DNA of 64,000 nt. Source: Spirochaetae bacterium HGW-Spirochaetae-2 (GTDB lineage Bacteria > Spirochaetota > Spirochaetia > Sphaerochaetales > Sphaerochaetaceae). Location of the stretch: NCBI GenBank assembly GCA_002839355.1, contig PGXW01000010.1, forward strand, positions 11,057-75,056, written 5' to 3'. The first letter of the stretch is position 1; every line of letters starts with the position of its first letter. The translations under genes were made by a program, and so were the position numbers. The notes below the pieces were generated by a model. That model saw nothing but the letters and a program-made list of their open reading frames with translations. It ran no database searches and had not been told where the DNA came from. Positions 9,974 to 18,740 of the stretch are shown here, in pieces.

Positions 9974-11040
9974 GAGGACCTCCTCGAACCCAAGGTGGCC
10001 AGATCACGACGTACCGACGACACCAACTCTGCCACTGTGGGAGTTTCCCCACCCATGGTCAGATACCGGAGCACCTCCACATTTCCATTGGCTGCGAGGG
10101 AAACATCGTCGGCCATCTGGCCGCTACTCAATTCCACTACCGCCAGGGGAATTCCCCTCTTGGCAAAATCCTCCACCACGTTCTTCGGAAATGGAAATAC
10201 CGTCTTGGGTCTCAACAGGGAAGCTCTGATCCCCTGTTCCCTAAGCGCATGCACCGCCGAATGGCAAATGCGTGCGACAATCCCATAGGCAACAAACACG
10301 ATTTCGGCATCGTCGGCCATATACAACTCGTAGTCGACGACTTCCTGCTCCACCTGGCGATACGTCTGCTGCAACTCCTCGTTGTGCTTGCGCTGCAAAG
10401 CCGGGCTCATATAGATCGAGGAGATCAGGTTCTTGCGGCTTTGGGAATCGCCATAGACTGCCCAATCCTTGCGCTGGCCGTGCAGCACAGGTCCTGATAT
10501 CTCCACCGGTTCCATCATTTGACCGATATATGCGTCGCTGAGGATAAAGACGGTCATCCGATACCTGTCGGCCAATTCGAAAGCCTTGCGGGTGAAATCG
10601 AACATTTCCTGCGCCGATGCCGGAGTCAAGGTGATGTTGGAATAGTTTCCATGACCACCCCCTTTGACGACCATGTTGTAGTCGCTTTGCTCCGGCCAGA
10701 TATTGCCCAATCCCGGACCTGCCCGCTGCATGTCGATCACCACGGAAGGAAGCTTGGCTCCGGCGAGGTATGACAGGCCTTCGCCCATCAATGCGATTCC
10801 CGGTCCTGAGGAGGCGGTCATGACCCTGGCCCCGGCACTTGCCGCACCGTAGAGCATATTGATGACACTCACTTCGGATTCCGCCTGCAGGAAGGTTCTT
10901 CCGGCTGCGGTGAAATAGTATGCGGCGGCTTGGGAAATTTCACTTGCAGGGGTGATGGGATACCCGAAAAAATGGGTACATCCGCCCATAAGCGCTCCAT
11001 GGACGGCTGCTTCATTCCCTTTCATGAGTCTTTTGCCCAT
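9970..11040 (-). CDS. 2-oxoacid:ferredoxin oxidoreductase alpha subunit
   Basis: 356 aa with POR/VOR alpha-like N-terminus (GNEAAVHGALMGGC). Translationally coupled to the beta/gamma gene. Confidence 0.8.
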   Translation of the reverse strand: MGKRLMKGNEAAVHGALMGGCTHFFGYPITPASEISQAAAYYFTAAGRTFLQAESEVSVINMLYGAASAGARVMTASSGPGIALMGEGLSYLAGAKLPSVVIDMQRAGPGLGNIWPEQSDYNMVVKGGGHGNYSNITLTPASAQEMFDFTRKAFELADRYRMTVFILSDAYIGQMMEPVEISGPVLHGQRKDWAVYGDSQSRKNLISSIYMSPALQRKHNEELQQTYRQVEQEVVDYELYMADDAEIVFVAYGIVARICHSAVHALREQGIRASLLRPKTVFPFPKNVVEDFAKRGIPLAVVELSSGQMADDVSLAANGNVEVLRYLTMGGETPTVAELVSSVRRDLATLGSRRSS

Positions 11041-11262
11041 CTACTCGACCTCCTGCTCAGCCAGTACGGTCAGGGCACTGGGTTCGGGACAGCTGAGAAA
11101 GCAGAGTCCACACGCAGTGCATGCTTCCTCGTGGAAAAAATGGACATATTCATATCCCATGGTGTTGAGCTTGCCCGACATCGCAAGGCAGCCTTTGGGA
11201 CAGACGGAAACGCAAACGGCGCATCCTTTGCATTCATCGTCACGTACTCGGACATGATTCAT
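11041..11262 (-). CDS. 4Fe-4S ferredoxin-type delta subunit of the 2-oxoacid oxidoreductase
   Basis: Two cluster motifs, CKGCAVCVSVCP and CTACGLCFLSCP. Start chosen at MNHVRV (11262) with AGGAGG 6 nt upstream. Confidence 0.7.
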   Translation of the reverse strand: MNHVRVRDDECKGCAVCVSVCPKGCLAMSGKLNTMGYEYVHFFHEEACTACGLCFLSCPEPSALTVLAEQEVE

Positions 11263-11603
11263 GCAGGACCTCCTGTCGATTCGGTCCCATGTTGGTTCGT
11301 GAATGACACGCACCGGAACCGATCGGTATTTCAGTCACTCTGTGTTCAGTATACAACAGAAATGACTACTTTTGTTACAAACATTACAGTTAGAAGCCAA
11401 GCTCTTATTGAACTGATTTTAATCTGACAGTTATCTGATTATGTGTCAAGTTAAGATTTATTCGAAAATCCACCCCGTTTTGGACAAAACGGATCACAAT
11501 CCCTTGCCCTACTTGGAAAAATATTATAAATTACAGTTTGACAAATTTTGTTATTTTGTAATAATGGTCATTACTATGACCATAAACCGAAAAGGAGCGA
11601 CGC

Positions 11604-13508
11604 ATGTACGACACACTCCCAAAATTACTGCAACATATTGTTACCCAGTACGGTACGAATGAAGTACAACTTTCCAAGGATGACGAAGGAACCTTCCATC
11701 CAACGACCTACCAACAGTTCTATACCGAGGTATTGGACCTTGCCGCAGGATTGCACACCCTTGGTGTCAAGCGGGAGGCTGCGATAGGACTGATCTCCGA
11801 CAACCGCAAGGAATGGTTGGCCGCAGATCTTGCTATCCTCTCATTGGGGGCCGCGGATGTCCCCAGAGGCCGCGATGCGATGCCGTATGAACTCCAATTC
11901 ATCCTCAAGGTCACGGAAAGTGAGATCTGTTTTGCGGAAAATACCGAACAGGCGAAGAAAATCCTCGACGAAGCGCACGCATTGCCACATCTGCACAAGC
12001 TCATTGTCATGGACAGTGTACACCACGTTGCGCAGGATCTGAAGGCTCCCGACTCCATCGGCATTTTGACCTACCAGGAGGTGTTGGAGGCTGGGAAGGC
12101 TTTCAATGCGAAGCACCCCGAATTTGTGGAAGCGGAAATTGCAAAGGGAAAAATTGACGACCTTGCGACAATCATATTCACCAGCGGTACAACCGGCGAG
12201 CCGAAGGGTGTCATGCTCAGCCACGGCAACTTCCTCTTCCAATTGGAACAACTGCCAAAAGTCATCGACTTCCACAAGGGTGAACGCTGGTTGAGCGTGT
12301 TGCCTGTCTGGCACTCCTTCGAACGGATTCTCCAGTATGTTATCATTTCCCAGGCCTCTGCGATCGCCTATTCCAAGCCGATCGGCAAGATCATGCTGGT
12401 GGACCTCCAGCGGGTCAATCCCGCATGGATGGGATCTGTTCCCCGTATCTGGGAAGCAGTCAAAGCCGGTGTCTACCAGAATGTCAAAGGCAAGAGTCCT
12501 GTTGCCAAGGCGCTGTTCCACTTCTTCGTCTGGGTCGGTGCAAGCCATGCATCGGTTATGAATCTAGTCGCAAACCGAATGCCCCAGTTCAAACGCCGCT
12601 TCTACCCGTTCGACCTGCTTATCGGAATCGTACCCCTGGTCCTGCTGACCCCGTTCAAACTGCTTGGCAATGTCCTGGTGTTCAAGACAATCAAGAAAAA
12701 GTTCGGAACCAACTTTAGGGCAGGCGTTTCCGGTGGCGGCTCCTTGCCCTCCTCTGTCGACAAGTTCTTCAAGGCCATCGGGGTCACCCTTCTGGATGGG
12801 TATGGACTTACCGAGACCGCCCCTGTCATCGGATTGAGGAATATCAATCGCCAAGTTCCTGGAACCGTCGCGCCATTGCCGGAAACGGAGATCAAGATCG
12901 TCGACGATACAGGCAAGCCGGTGAAACCAGGGAAGAAGGGTGTGATCTTCGCTCGCGGAAAACAGGTCATGAAAGGCTACTACAAGCGACAGGATTTGAC
13001 CGATGCAGTCATCGACAAGGACGGCTGGATCAATACCGGCGATATCGGGATTTGGACCCATACGGGGGAATACGCGATCAGGGGAAGGGCGAAGGATACC
13101 ATCGTGCTCTCGGGTGGCGAGAATATCGAACCGGTACCACTCGAAGCGCGGCTCAGGGAATCCGAATACATCGAGCAGGCAGTGGTGGTTGGCCAGGACC
13201 AGAAATACCTTGCCGCATTGATTGTTCCCGACACCAAGCAACTCGAGATATATGTGAAGGAACACAATATACCCTACATGGCACGGTTCGATATCACCGA
13301 ACTACCGGAAGTGCAGGACCTGTTGAATTCCGAAATCAACGAGATGGTGAGCGCGAAGAACGGTTTCAAGAGTTATGAACGCATCAACCGCTTCTCCATC
13401 CTGAAATCCTCGTTCAAGGTAGGTCAGGAATTGTCGGCCAAGCAGGAAGTCATGCGCCACAAGATCAACCAACTGTATGCCAAGGAGATCGCTTCGCTAT
13501 TCTCTTGA
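11604..13508 (+). CDS. long-chain fatty acid-CoA ligase (AMP-binding family)
   Basis: 634 aa. AMP-binding motif IIFTSGTTGEPKGVMLSHGNF. RBS AAAGGAG upstream. Preceded by a ~290-bp AT-rich divergent promoter region. Confidence 0.85.
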   Translation: MYDTLPKLLQHIVTQYGTNEVQLSKDDEGTFHPTTYQQFYTEVLDLAAGLHTLGVKREAAIGLISDNRKEWLAADLAILSLGAADVPRGRDAMPYELQFILKVTESEICFAENTEQAKKILDEAHALPHLHKLIVMDSVHHVAQDLKAPDSIGILTYQEVLEAGKAFNAKHPEFVEAEIAKGKIDDLATIIFTSGTTGEPKGVMLSHGNFLFQLEQLPKVIDFHKGERWLSVLPVWHSFERILQYVIISQASAIAYSKPIGKIMLVDLQRVNPAWMGSVPRIWEAVKAGVYQNVKGKSPVAKALFHFFVWVGASHASVMNLVANRMPQFKRRFYPFDLLIGIVPLVLLTPFKLLGNVLVFKTIKKKFGTNFRAGVSGGGSLPSSVDKFFKAIGVTLLDGYGLTETAPVIGLRNINRQVPGTVAPLPETEIKIVDDTGKPVKPGKKGVIFARGKQVMKGYYKRQDLTDAVIDKDGWINTGDIGIWTHTGEYAIRGRAKDTIVLSGGENIEPVPLEARLRESEYIEQAVVVGQDQKYLAALIVPDTKQLEIYVKEHNIPYMARFDITELPEVQDLLNSEINEMVSAKNGFKSYERINRFSILKSSFKVGQELSAKQEVMRHKINQLYAKEIASLFS

Positions 13509-13635
13509 AGTGCTCCATCTTCATTCTCTTTGCGCGCCTCGGATACTTGCCTATCCGGGGCTCTTTCTGTATGCTTGTTGCAATTGCAACAGTTGTAGCA
13601 ATCCAATCATGATACGATACGACAAAGAGAGTGAA

Positions 13636-13887
13636 ATGGACAAGAAGACCATAGATTTGCAGAAGACTGTCCACGCGTTGTGTTCAGCGGATCCCGAACT
13701 GGCCCCGTTGCTGGCGGAACTTGGATTTACCGAAATTGTGAAACCCATCATGCTGAATACCGTAGGAAAGGTCATGACATTGCCAAAAGGAGCCGCCATG
13801 CGCGGTATCGCATTGCCGACAATCATCCGGACCTTGGAGTCCCATGGATACACGGTCATCGAAGCACCACAGGAGGAGAAGAAATGA
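13636..13887 (+). CDS. DUF1858-like small protein (ScdA N-terminal-like)
   Basis: About 83 aa (TIDLQKTVHALCSADPELAPLLAELGFTEI...). Start ambiguous between 13609 and 13636. Its stop overlaps the next gene's start as ATGA. Confidence 0.55.
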   Translation: MDKKTIDLQKTVHALCSADPELAPLLAELGFTEIVKPIMLNTVGKVMTLPKGAAMRGIALPTIIRTLESHGYTVIEAPQEEKK

Positions 13888-15122
13888 GTGCCGAAATAAA
13901 CACTAGTGTTCGCCGTCAACAACTGCTCAGGCAGTTGATCGAACGACTGCATGCCGGAGACGACTTCGAAGCGGTAAAGGCCGATTTTGCCAAGGAATTC
14001 GAGGGTGTCGGTGCCGACGAGATCGCAAACGCCGAGAAGGCTTTGATCGAACAAGGTGGCGTGAAGGTCGAGGAAATACAGAAGTTGTGTGACGTCCATG
14101 CATCATTGTTCAAAGGCTCTGTCGCCGATATCCATGCTGACAAGAACCAGACGAAAGACTTCGGCCACCCCTCTTGGGTGCTGCGTGAGGAGAACCGGGG
14201 AATCGAACGGTTGTTCTCCGATCGGATCGATGTCAATGTGGCGAAGCTCAAGCAAGGCGATATCTCCGCACTCTCGGCCTTGGTCAACGACCTGAAGGAC
14301 TTGTGGCAACTGGATATCCATTATGCCAAGAAGGAGAACCTTTGGTTCCCGATCATGGAACGGTATGGGATTACCGCTCCTCCAAAAGTCATGTGGGGAG
14401 TCGACGATGAGATCAGGGATATGGTGAAGTTGGTTCGCAAGAACCTCGACGAACTGATTGCCGGTGGACGGCCTGCTCCCGAAACGATACAGAATTTCTT
14501 CAGGGACTTGGATGCAGTCAAGGACAAGGTTGTGGAAATGATCTCCAAGGAAGAGAATATCCTCATTCCCATGGTCAGCGAAGTCTTCTTCACAACCGAC
14601 TGGCGTCAAATTTCCGAGGGAAGCGCGGAATTCGGATATTGCCTCATGGCAGACCACCCGACATGGAAGGCTCCCGCGGAAACCAAACCACTTGCGGTCT
14701 CGGCGGCTGTCGAACAGGGTGTCGTGACCCTGCCTACAGGAAAATTCACAGCCGATGTCCTTACAAGGGTGCTCAATACGCTGCCGATCGATATCACCTT
14801 CGTTGATGCGAACGATGAGGTCGGGTATTTCTCGCAAGCAAGCGAAAGGATATTCCCCCGGACCACCGCCATAATCGGTCGCAAGGTCATCAATTGCCAT
14901 CCGCCTGCCAGCATGCATGTGGTCGAACGGATATTGAACGACTTCAAGTCGGGTGCACGCGATGTAGCCGATTTCCATATCCATTTGGGCGAGAAGTTCG
15001 TCTATATCAGGTATTTCGCCGTACGCGACGATTCGGGCAAGTACCTGGGAACGCTCGAAGTGACACAGAATATTGCCGGCATCCAAAAGATCTCGGGGGA
15101 CAAGCGACTGCTGGACGAGTGA
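13884..15122 (+). CDS. DUF438 / hemerythrin-like / PAS domain protein
   Basis: 413 aa starting MSAEINTSVRRQQLL, with AGGAGG upstream. C-terminal PAS-like region (LPIDITFVDANDEVGYFSQ...NCHPPASMHVVERIL). A paralog lies at 60530-61705. The ORF's longer upstream extension was rejected. Confidence 0.7.
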   Translation: MSAEINTSVRRQQLLRQLIERLHAGDDFEAVKADFAKEFEGVGADEIANAEKALIEQGGVKVEEIQKLCDVHASLFKGSVADIHADKNQTKDFGHPSWVLREENRGIERLFSDRIDVNVAKLKQGDISALSALVNDLKDLWQLDIHYAKKENLWFPIMERYGITAPPKVMWGVDDEIRDMVKLVRKNLDELIAGGRPAPETIQNFFRDLDAVKDKVVEMISKEENILIPMVSEVFFTTDWRQISEGSAEFGYCLMADHPTWKAPAETKPLAVSAAVEQGVVTLPTGKFTADVLTRVLNTLPIDITFVDANDEVGYFSQASERIFPRTTAIIGRKVINCHPPASMHVVERILNDFKSGARDVADFHIHLGEKFVYIRYFAVRDDSGKYLGTLEVTQNIAGIQKISGDKRLLDE

Positions 15123-15155
15123 CATACGTATAGGTAACCCGATCGGACCCATACT

Positions 15156-15182
15156 GAAACCGCCTTGCACAAAGGCGGTTTC
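15156..15182. terminator. perfect 11-bp-stem hairpin between convergent genes (putative bidirectional terminator)
   Basis: GAAACCGCCTT-gcaca-AAGGCGGTTTC between the DUF438 gene (+) and zwf (-). No strong T-tract on either side. Confidence 0.4.
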
Positions 15183-15214
15183 ATACTGCTTGGAGCATGG
15201 TCTCGCTCCGTTTG

Positions 15215-16567
15215 TCAGTCGAACCAGATAAAGCCGTTATCCTTTGCAAGGTCCGATGCGAATCGTGGTAGTGTCCTGACCGGATATACTTCCATATGAC
15301 GTTCTTGCTCCAGCATGGGTGTCACGATCCGCCAGGATTCGGTGATCTCACGCATGGAAGGGAAGAGGCTCTTGTCCCCTTGGAGGATCTTCTTCACAAT
15401 CTGCTCGTAGGCTTCCGGTGTATTGGCGCCAAAGGTTTCGGCCTGGTTGAACCTGAACCGTACGGGCTTGGATTTCCAGGAAGTATCGGGTTCCTTGAGA
15501 TTCATGCTGATATCGATAGTCAATTCCGGATGAATCGTTATGATCACCCCGTTCTCAGCGATCGAATCGTCATGCATCACCTTTCCGGTCGTATTGCGAA
15601 ACTTCACATAGATAAGGGATTTGGCATCGGCCTGCATCTTTCCTGTCCGGATATAGATCGGCACATCTGCGAAAAAGTAGGTGTTCACCGACAACTTCAG
15701 GGCTGCATAGGTCGGAGTGTCGACCACATGCCCGCTGTTTGCTCCCAATGACTCGTATCGTCCGGTGTGGAATTCCGAGACAGGCGCGATCGAACGTAGG
15801 ACCTTGATCTTTTCCACAGCAATATCTTCCGGAGATAGCGTCGCAGGCTCGTTCATGGTCAGATACGTGATTATCTGCATGATATGGTTCTGTATAGTGT
15901 CCCGGACAACTCCGATCTGTTCATAGAAGCCCAACCGCTGGTCCACCCCGTGGGTCTCGTCGAATATGATCTGGATACTCTCGATCGAACGGTTGTCCCA
16001 GATACTGCGTATGATATCGTTATGAAAACGGAGTATCAATAGATTCTGCATGAACTCCTTGCCCAGATAATGGTCTACCCGATAGATTTCCTTGTCGTCG
16101 AAGGCCTTGAGCAAAATCTCGTTGTAGCGTTGGGCACTCTCAAGGTCGAAACCGAAGGGTTTCTCCACCACGATCTTCTTGGTCAGATTGCATTGGCAGG
16201 ACAGTTGCGAATCTATCTTTTGGATTTGGCGAATCGCCTCTTCGTACAATGAGGGCTGCAAAGCCATGTAATAGATTAGCTCGACCTCGTCGGTACCTTC
16301 AATGACCGTCTGGATATACTGGCGTAGTGGATCTGTGGCTTCGGGGTCGGCCATATCGTAATACAGGTACTCCAGGTTCTTCAGGAATTCGGGCGAGGCA
16401 TCGGGCGATACCATGGCTTTCACAAATTCCTTGCGGTCCTTGAATCTCCTTCCCAGGGCTAGGACAGAAAAATCGAACCCTTTGCCCATGAGATGCTCAT
16501 ACGCCGGATACAGTTTCTTCTGTGCGAGATCTCCCGTGCCACCAAATTGAACCACTATTCGTTTCAT
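15215..16567 (-). CDS. zwf: glucose-6-phosphate 1-dehydrogenase
   Basis: Motifs EKPFGFDLESA and RVDHYLGKE. Start at MKRIVVQFGGTGDLA with GGAGAG RBS. Longer upstream extension rejected. Confidence 0.9.
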   Translation of the reverse strand: MKRIVVQFGGTGDLAQKKLYPAYEHLMGKGFDFSVLALGRRFKDRKEFVKAMVSPDASPEFLKNLEYLYYDMADPEATDPLRQYIQTVIEGTDEVELIYYMALQPSLYEEAIRQIQKIDSQLSCQCNLTKKIVVEKPFGFDLESAQRYNEILLKAFDDKEIYRVDHYLGKEFMQNLLILRFHNDIIRSIWDNRSIESIQIIFDETHGVDQRLGFYEQIGVVRDTIQNHIMQIITYLTMNEPATLSPEDIAVEKIKVLRSIAPVSEFHTGRYESLGANSGHVVDTPTYAALKLSVNTYFFADVPIYIRTGKMQADAKSLIYVKFRNTTGKVMHDDSIAENGVIITIHPELTIDISMNLKEPDTSWKSKPVRFRFNQAETFGANTPEAYEQIVKKILQGDKSLFPSMREITESWRIVTPMLEQERHMEVYPVRTLPRFASDLAKDNGFIWFD

Positions 16568-16578
16568 ACCGCACTCTC

Positions 16579-17253
16579 CTACAAATCGGTCACGATATCG
16601 ACTGGAAACCATTCCCGTGGAAAAAACATGCAGGGAAGCGACGAGGGGTTCTCCTTGGCTTCCAGGAACCGCTCCAGCGCAAGACGTTTTCCTTCGCCGA
16701 AAAACAACAGGTAGGTCTGGGCTTTCTTGGCACAACGCCTGAATCCGCGATACGTCACAGTCACCCGTTCCGGTGGCGGTTTCGGACTGTCCGTCACATA
16801 TGCGGTGTCACCGGCATCCTTGGCATCCAGATCCGGATAGGATCCGGGGAAAAGGGAGGCCACATGCCCATCCTCCCCTACTCCGAGATACAACAGGTCG
16901 AGTTCGCATCCCTCCGGGAAGAAGGACTCGGCCATATGGGGAATGTGCAATTGCGACTCGGAGAAGACTCCCCGTTCGATCGCTTCGTGCAAGCCCACAT
17001 CCAAAAGGGTGTCTTGGTTTGTCGGTCCGGTCAATCGCTCGTCCACCAGGTACAACTCCACCCGTTCCAATACGGAAGGGTCGCAGGCAAGCAACCCTTG
17101 TACGACTGAAACAGCTCCCCGCCCTCCTGGAAGACCGACCCGGATCGGGCCGTCGTGCTCTTGGGCGACTTGTTGTATATGGGAAGCCACCATGGGAATG
17201 AAATCCCCCGGGCTTTCAATCTTCAATTTCTTCATAGCTCGAATATACAGCAT
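16579..17253 (-). CDS. pgl: 6-phosphogluconolactonase
   Basis: About 224 aa with Pgl/NagB-fold similarity. Start uncertain between 17253 and 17235. Lies between the SPT-like gene and zwf on the same strand. Confidence 0.7.
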   Translation of the reverse strand: MLYIRAMKKLKIESPGDFIPMVASHIQQVAQEHDGPIRVGLPGGRGAVSVVQGLLACDPSVLERVELYLVDERLTGPTNQDTLLDVGLHEAIERGVFSESQLHIPHMAESFFPEGCELDLLYLGVGEDGHVASLFPGSYPDLDAKDAGDTAYVTDSPKPPPERVTVTYRGFRRCAKKAQTYLLFFGEGKRLALERFLEAKENPSSLPCMFFPREWFPVDIVTDL

Positions 17254-17276
17254 CACGTCCCCAAAGGACAGTCGAA

Positions 17277-18494
17277 TCAGATGATTCCGAGCTTCTTCGC
17301 CTCTTCTCCGATAATCTGGATCGCCGTGTCGAGTTCCTGGTCGCTATGAATCGCCATGCACGAAGTCCTGAGCAGTGCGCGTTGCGGAGGAACTGCCGGA
17401 GAGATGACCGGATTCACATACACCCCTCGTTCAAAGGCGTTCTTCCACAAGGTGAAGGTCTTGTCGCTATCGCCGATCAACAACGGGACAATCGGGGTTT
17501 CGCTGGTTCCCACATTGAAACCAAGCGCGGAGAATCCGTCGATCATATAGCGTGCGTTGTGTTGGAGCTTATGGATCCGCTGCGGTTCCTGTTCAATGAT
17601 CTCCAAAGCCTTCATGGTCGCGGCGATATTTGCCGGCGGCATGGAGGCACTGAAGATCAACGGCCGCGCGAAATGCTTGATATAATCGATTACCTGTTCC
17701 TCTCCCGCCACAAATCCACCGATAGAACCGAAGGATTTGCTGAACGTGCACATGAGCAGGTCGCATAGCGAGGGATCGTTCCCATGGTGTTCACACGTCC
17801 CCCGTCCGGTAGCCCCGACCACACCGAGGGCATGTGCCTCGTCGAGGTATACCCCGGCCTTGTATTGGTCGGCCAAAGCCCGAATGGCTGGAAGCGGCGC
17901 TATATCGCCTTCCATGGAGAACACGCCGTCGACAACGATCATCTTCGGTTCTTCCAAGGGAATCCGCTGCAAGACCTTCTCAAGGTCCTCCATATTGTTG
18001 TGTTTGTACCGGTAGAGGTTGATCTGCTTCTTCGTACCGTCAGCGAGGAATATGCCATCCATGATCGAGGCATGGTCATACTTGTCCACAATCACGTGGT
18101 CGCCACGATTCAGCATTGCGGACAGGGAACCCAAGTTGGTCTGGTAGCCGGTGGTGAAGCAAAGGGCTGCCGGCTTTCCCACGAATTTGGCCAAGCGTTG
18201 CTCCAATTCCTCATGCAGATCCAGTGTCCCGTTCATGAACCTGGAGCCGCTGCAACTGGTACCATACCGTTCGGCAGCCAATTCGGCCGCTTCCTTCATC
18301 CGGGGATCGTTGGCGAGTCCCAGATAGTTGTTGGACCCGAGCATGAGCATTTCCCGGCCATCGATATAGACCTTCGTGCCCTCACTTCTGCCGATAGGTT
18401 TGAAGTACGGGTACAACCCGGTTGCCCTCACCTCCTCGGCGGCCGTGAACTCGTAACATTTATCAAATATGGAAGCGTGACTTGCTCGACTCAT
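17277..18494 (-). CDS. alpha-oxoamine synthase family enzyme, serine palmitoyltransferase-like
   Basis: 405 aa. PLP-lysine motif [16 protein letters not shown], plus [24 protein letters not shown] and IFSASMPP. These are closer to SPT/AONS than to Kbl (TLGKALGG). Start MSRASH with AAGGAG upstream. Confidence 0.7.
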   Translation of the reverse strand: MSRASHASIFDKCYEFTAAEEVRATGLYPYFKPIGRSEGTKVYIDGREMLMLGSNNYLGLANDPRMKEAAELAAERYGTSCSGSRFMNGTLDLHEELEQRLAKFVGKPAALCFTTGYQTNLGSLSAMLNRGDHVIVDKYDHASIMDGIFLADGTKKQINLYRYKHNNMEDLEKVLQRIPLEEPKMIVVDGVFSMEGDIAPLPAIRALADQYKAGVYLDEAHALGVVGATGRGTCEHHGNDPSLCDLLMCTFSKSFGSIGGFVAGEEQVIDYIKHFARPLIFSASMPPANIAATMKALEIIEQEPQRIHKLQHNARYMIDGFSALGFNVGTSETPIVPLLIGDSDKTFTLWKNAFERGVYVNPVISPAVPPQRALLRTSCMAIHSDQELDTAIQIIGEEAKKLGII

Positions 18495-18740
18495 GGTGTT
18501 CTCCTTCGTTCCAAAATGCTGTGCAATTGAAAATAAAAGCAATTCCATGACAAATCCAGTGCAACCGTATGATTTTCAACCCATGGGTCCAACCTGGTGG
18601 AGTCCATTGCACGACTGACAGAAATTGTATCAGATTTTCGCCAAGATGCAACCCACTCTCCATTCCTCTTGTGCAACCTCCCGTAGACCGGATGGTCCAA
18701 TTCGATTGACAGAGCCTCGCCGACACGCCTATCATACCGC

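Noticed and set aside
13680-13883. N-terminal extension of the DUF438 ORF (480-aa form)
   Set aside because: The extension overlaps the DUF1858-like gene in another frame. A well-placed ATG with AGGAGG at 13884 overlaps that gene's stop as ATGA.
15215-16735. Upstream extension of zwf (506-aa form) and similar extensions for kdgK (to 23804), eda (from 23350), the lipoprotein at 38896 (to 39642), YjbQ (from 52060), the DUF2974 gene (from 56281), the Gfo/Idh gene (to 63126) and DUF1232 (to 43123)
   Set aside because: The extensions lack family similarity or an RBS. Internal ATGs with good RBS restore the canonical N-termini.
18515-18680. Five GTGCAAYY-like direct repeats in the spt/uxaA divergent region as a feature call
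   Set aside because: The motif is short and degenerate, and spacing is irregular. Mentioned within a finding but too weak to annotate as a regulatory site.
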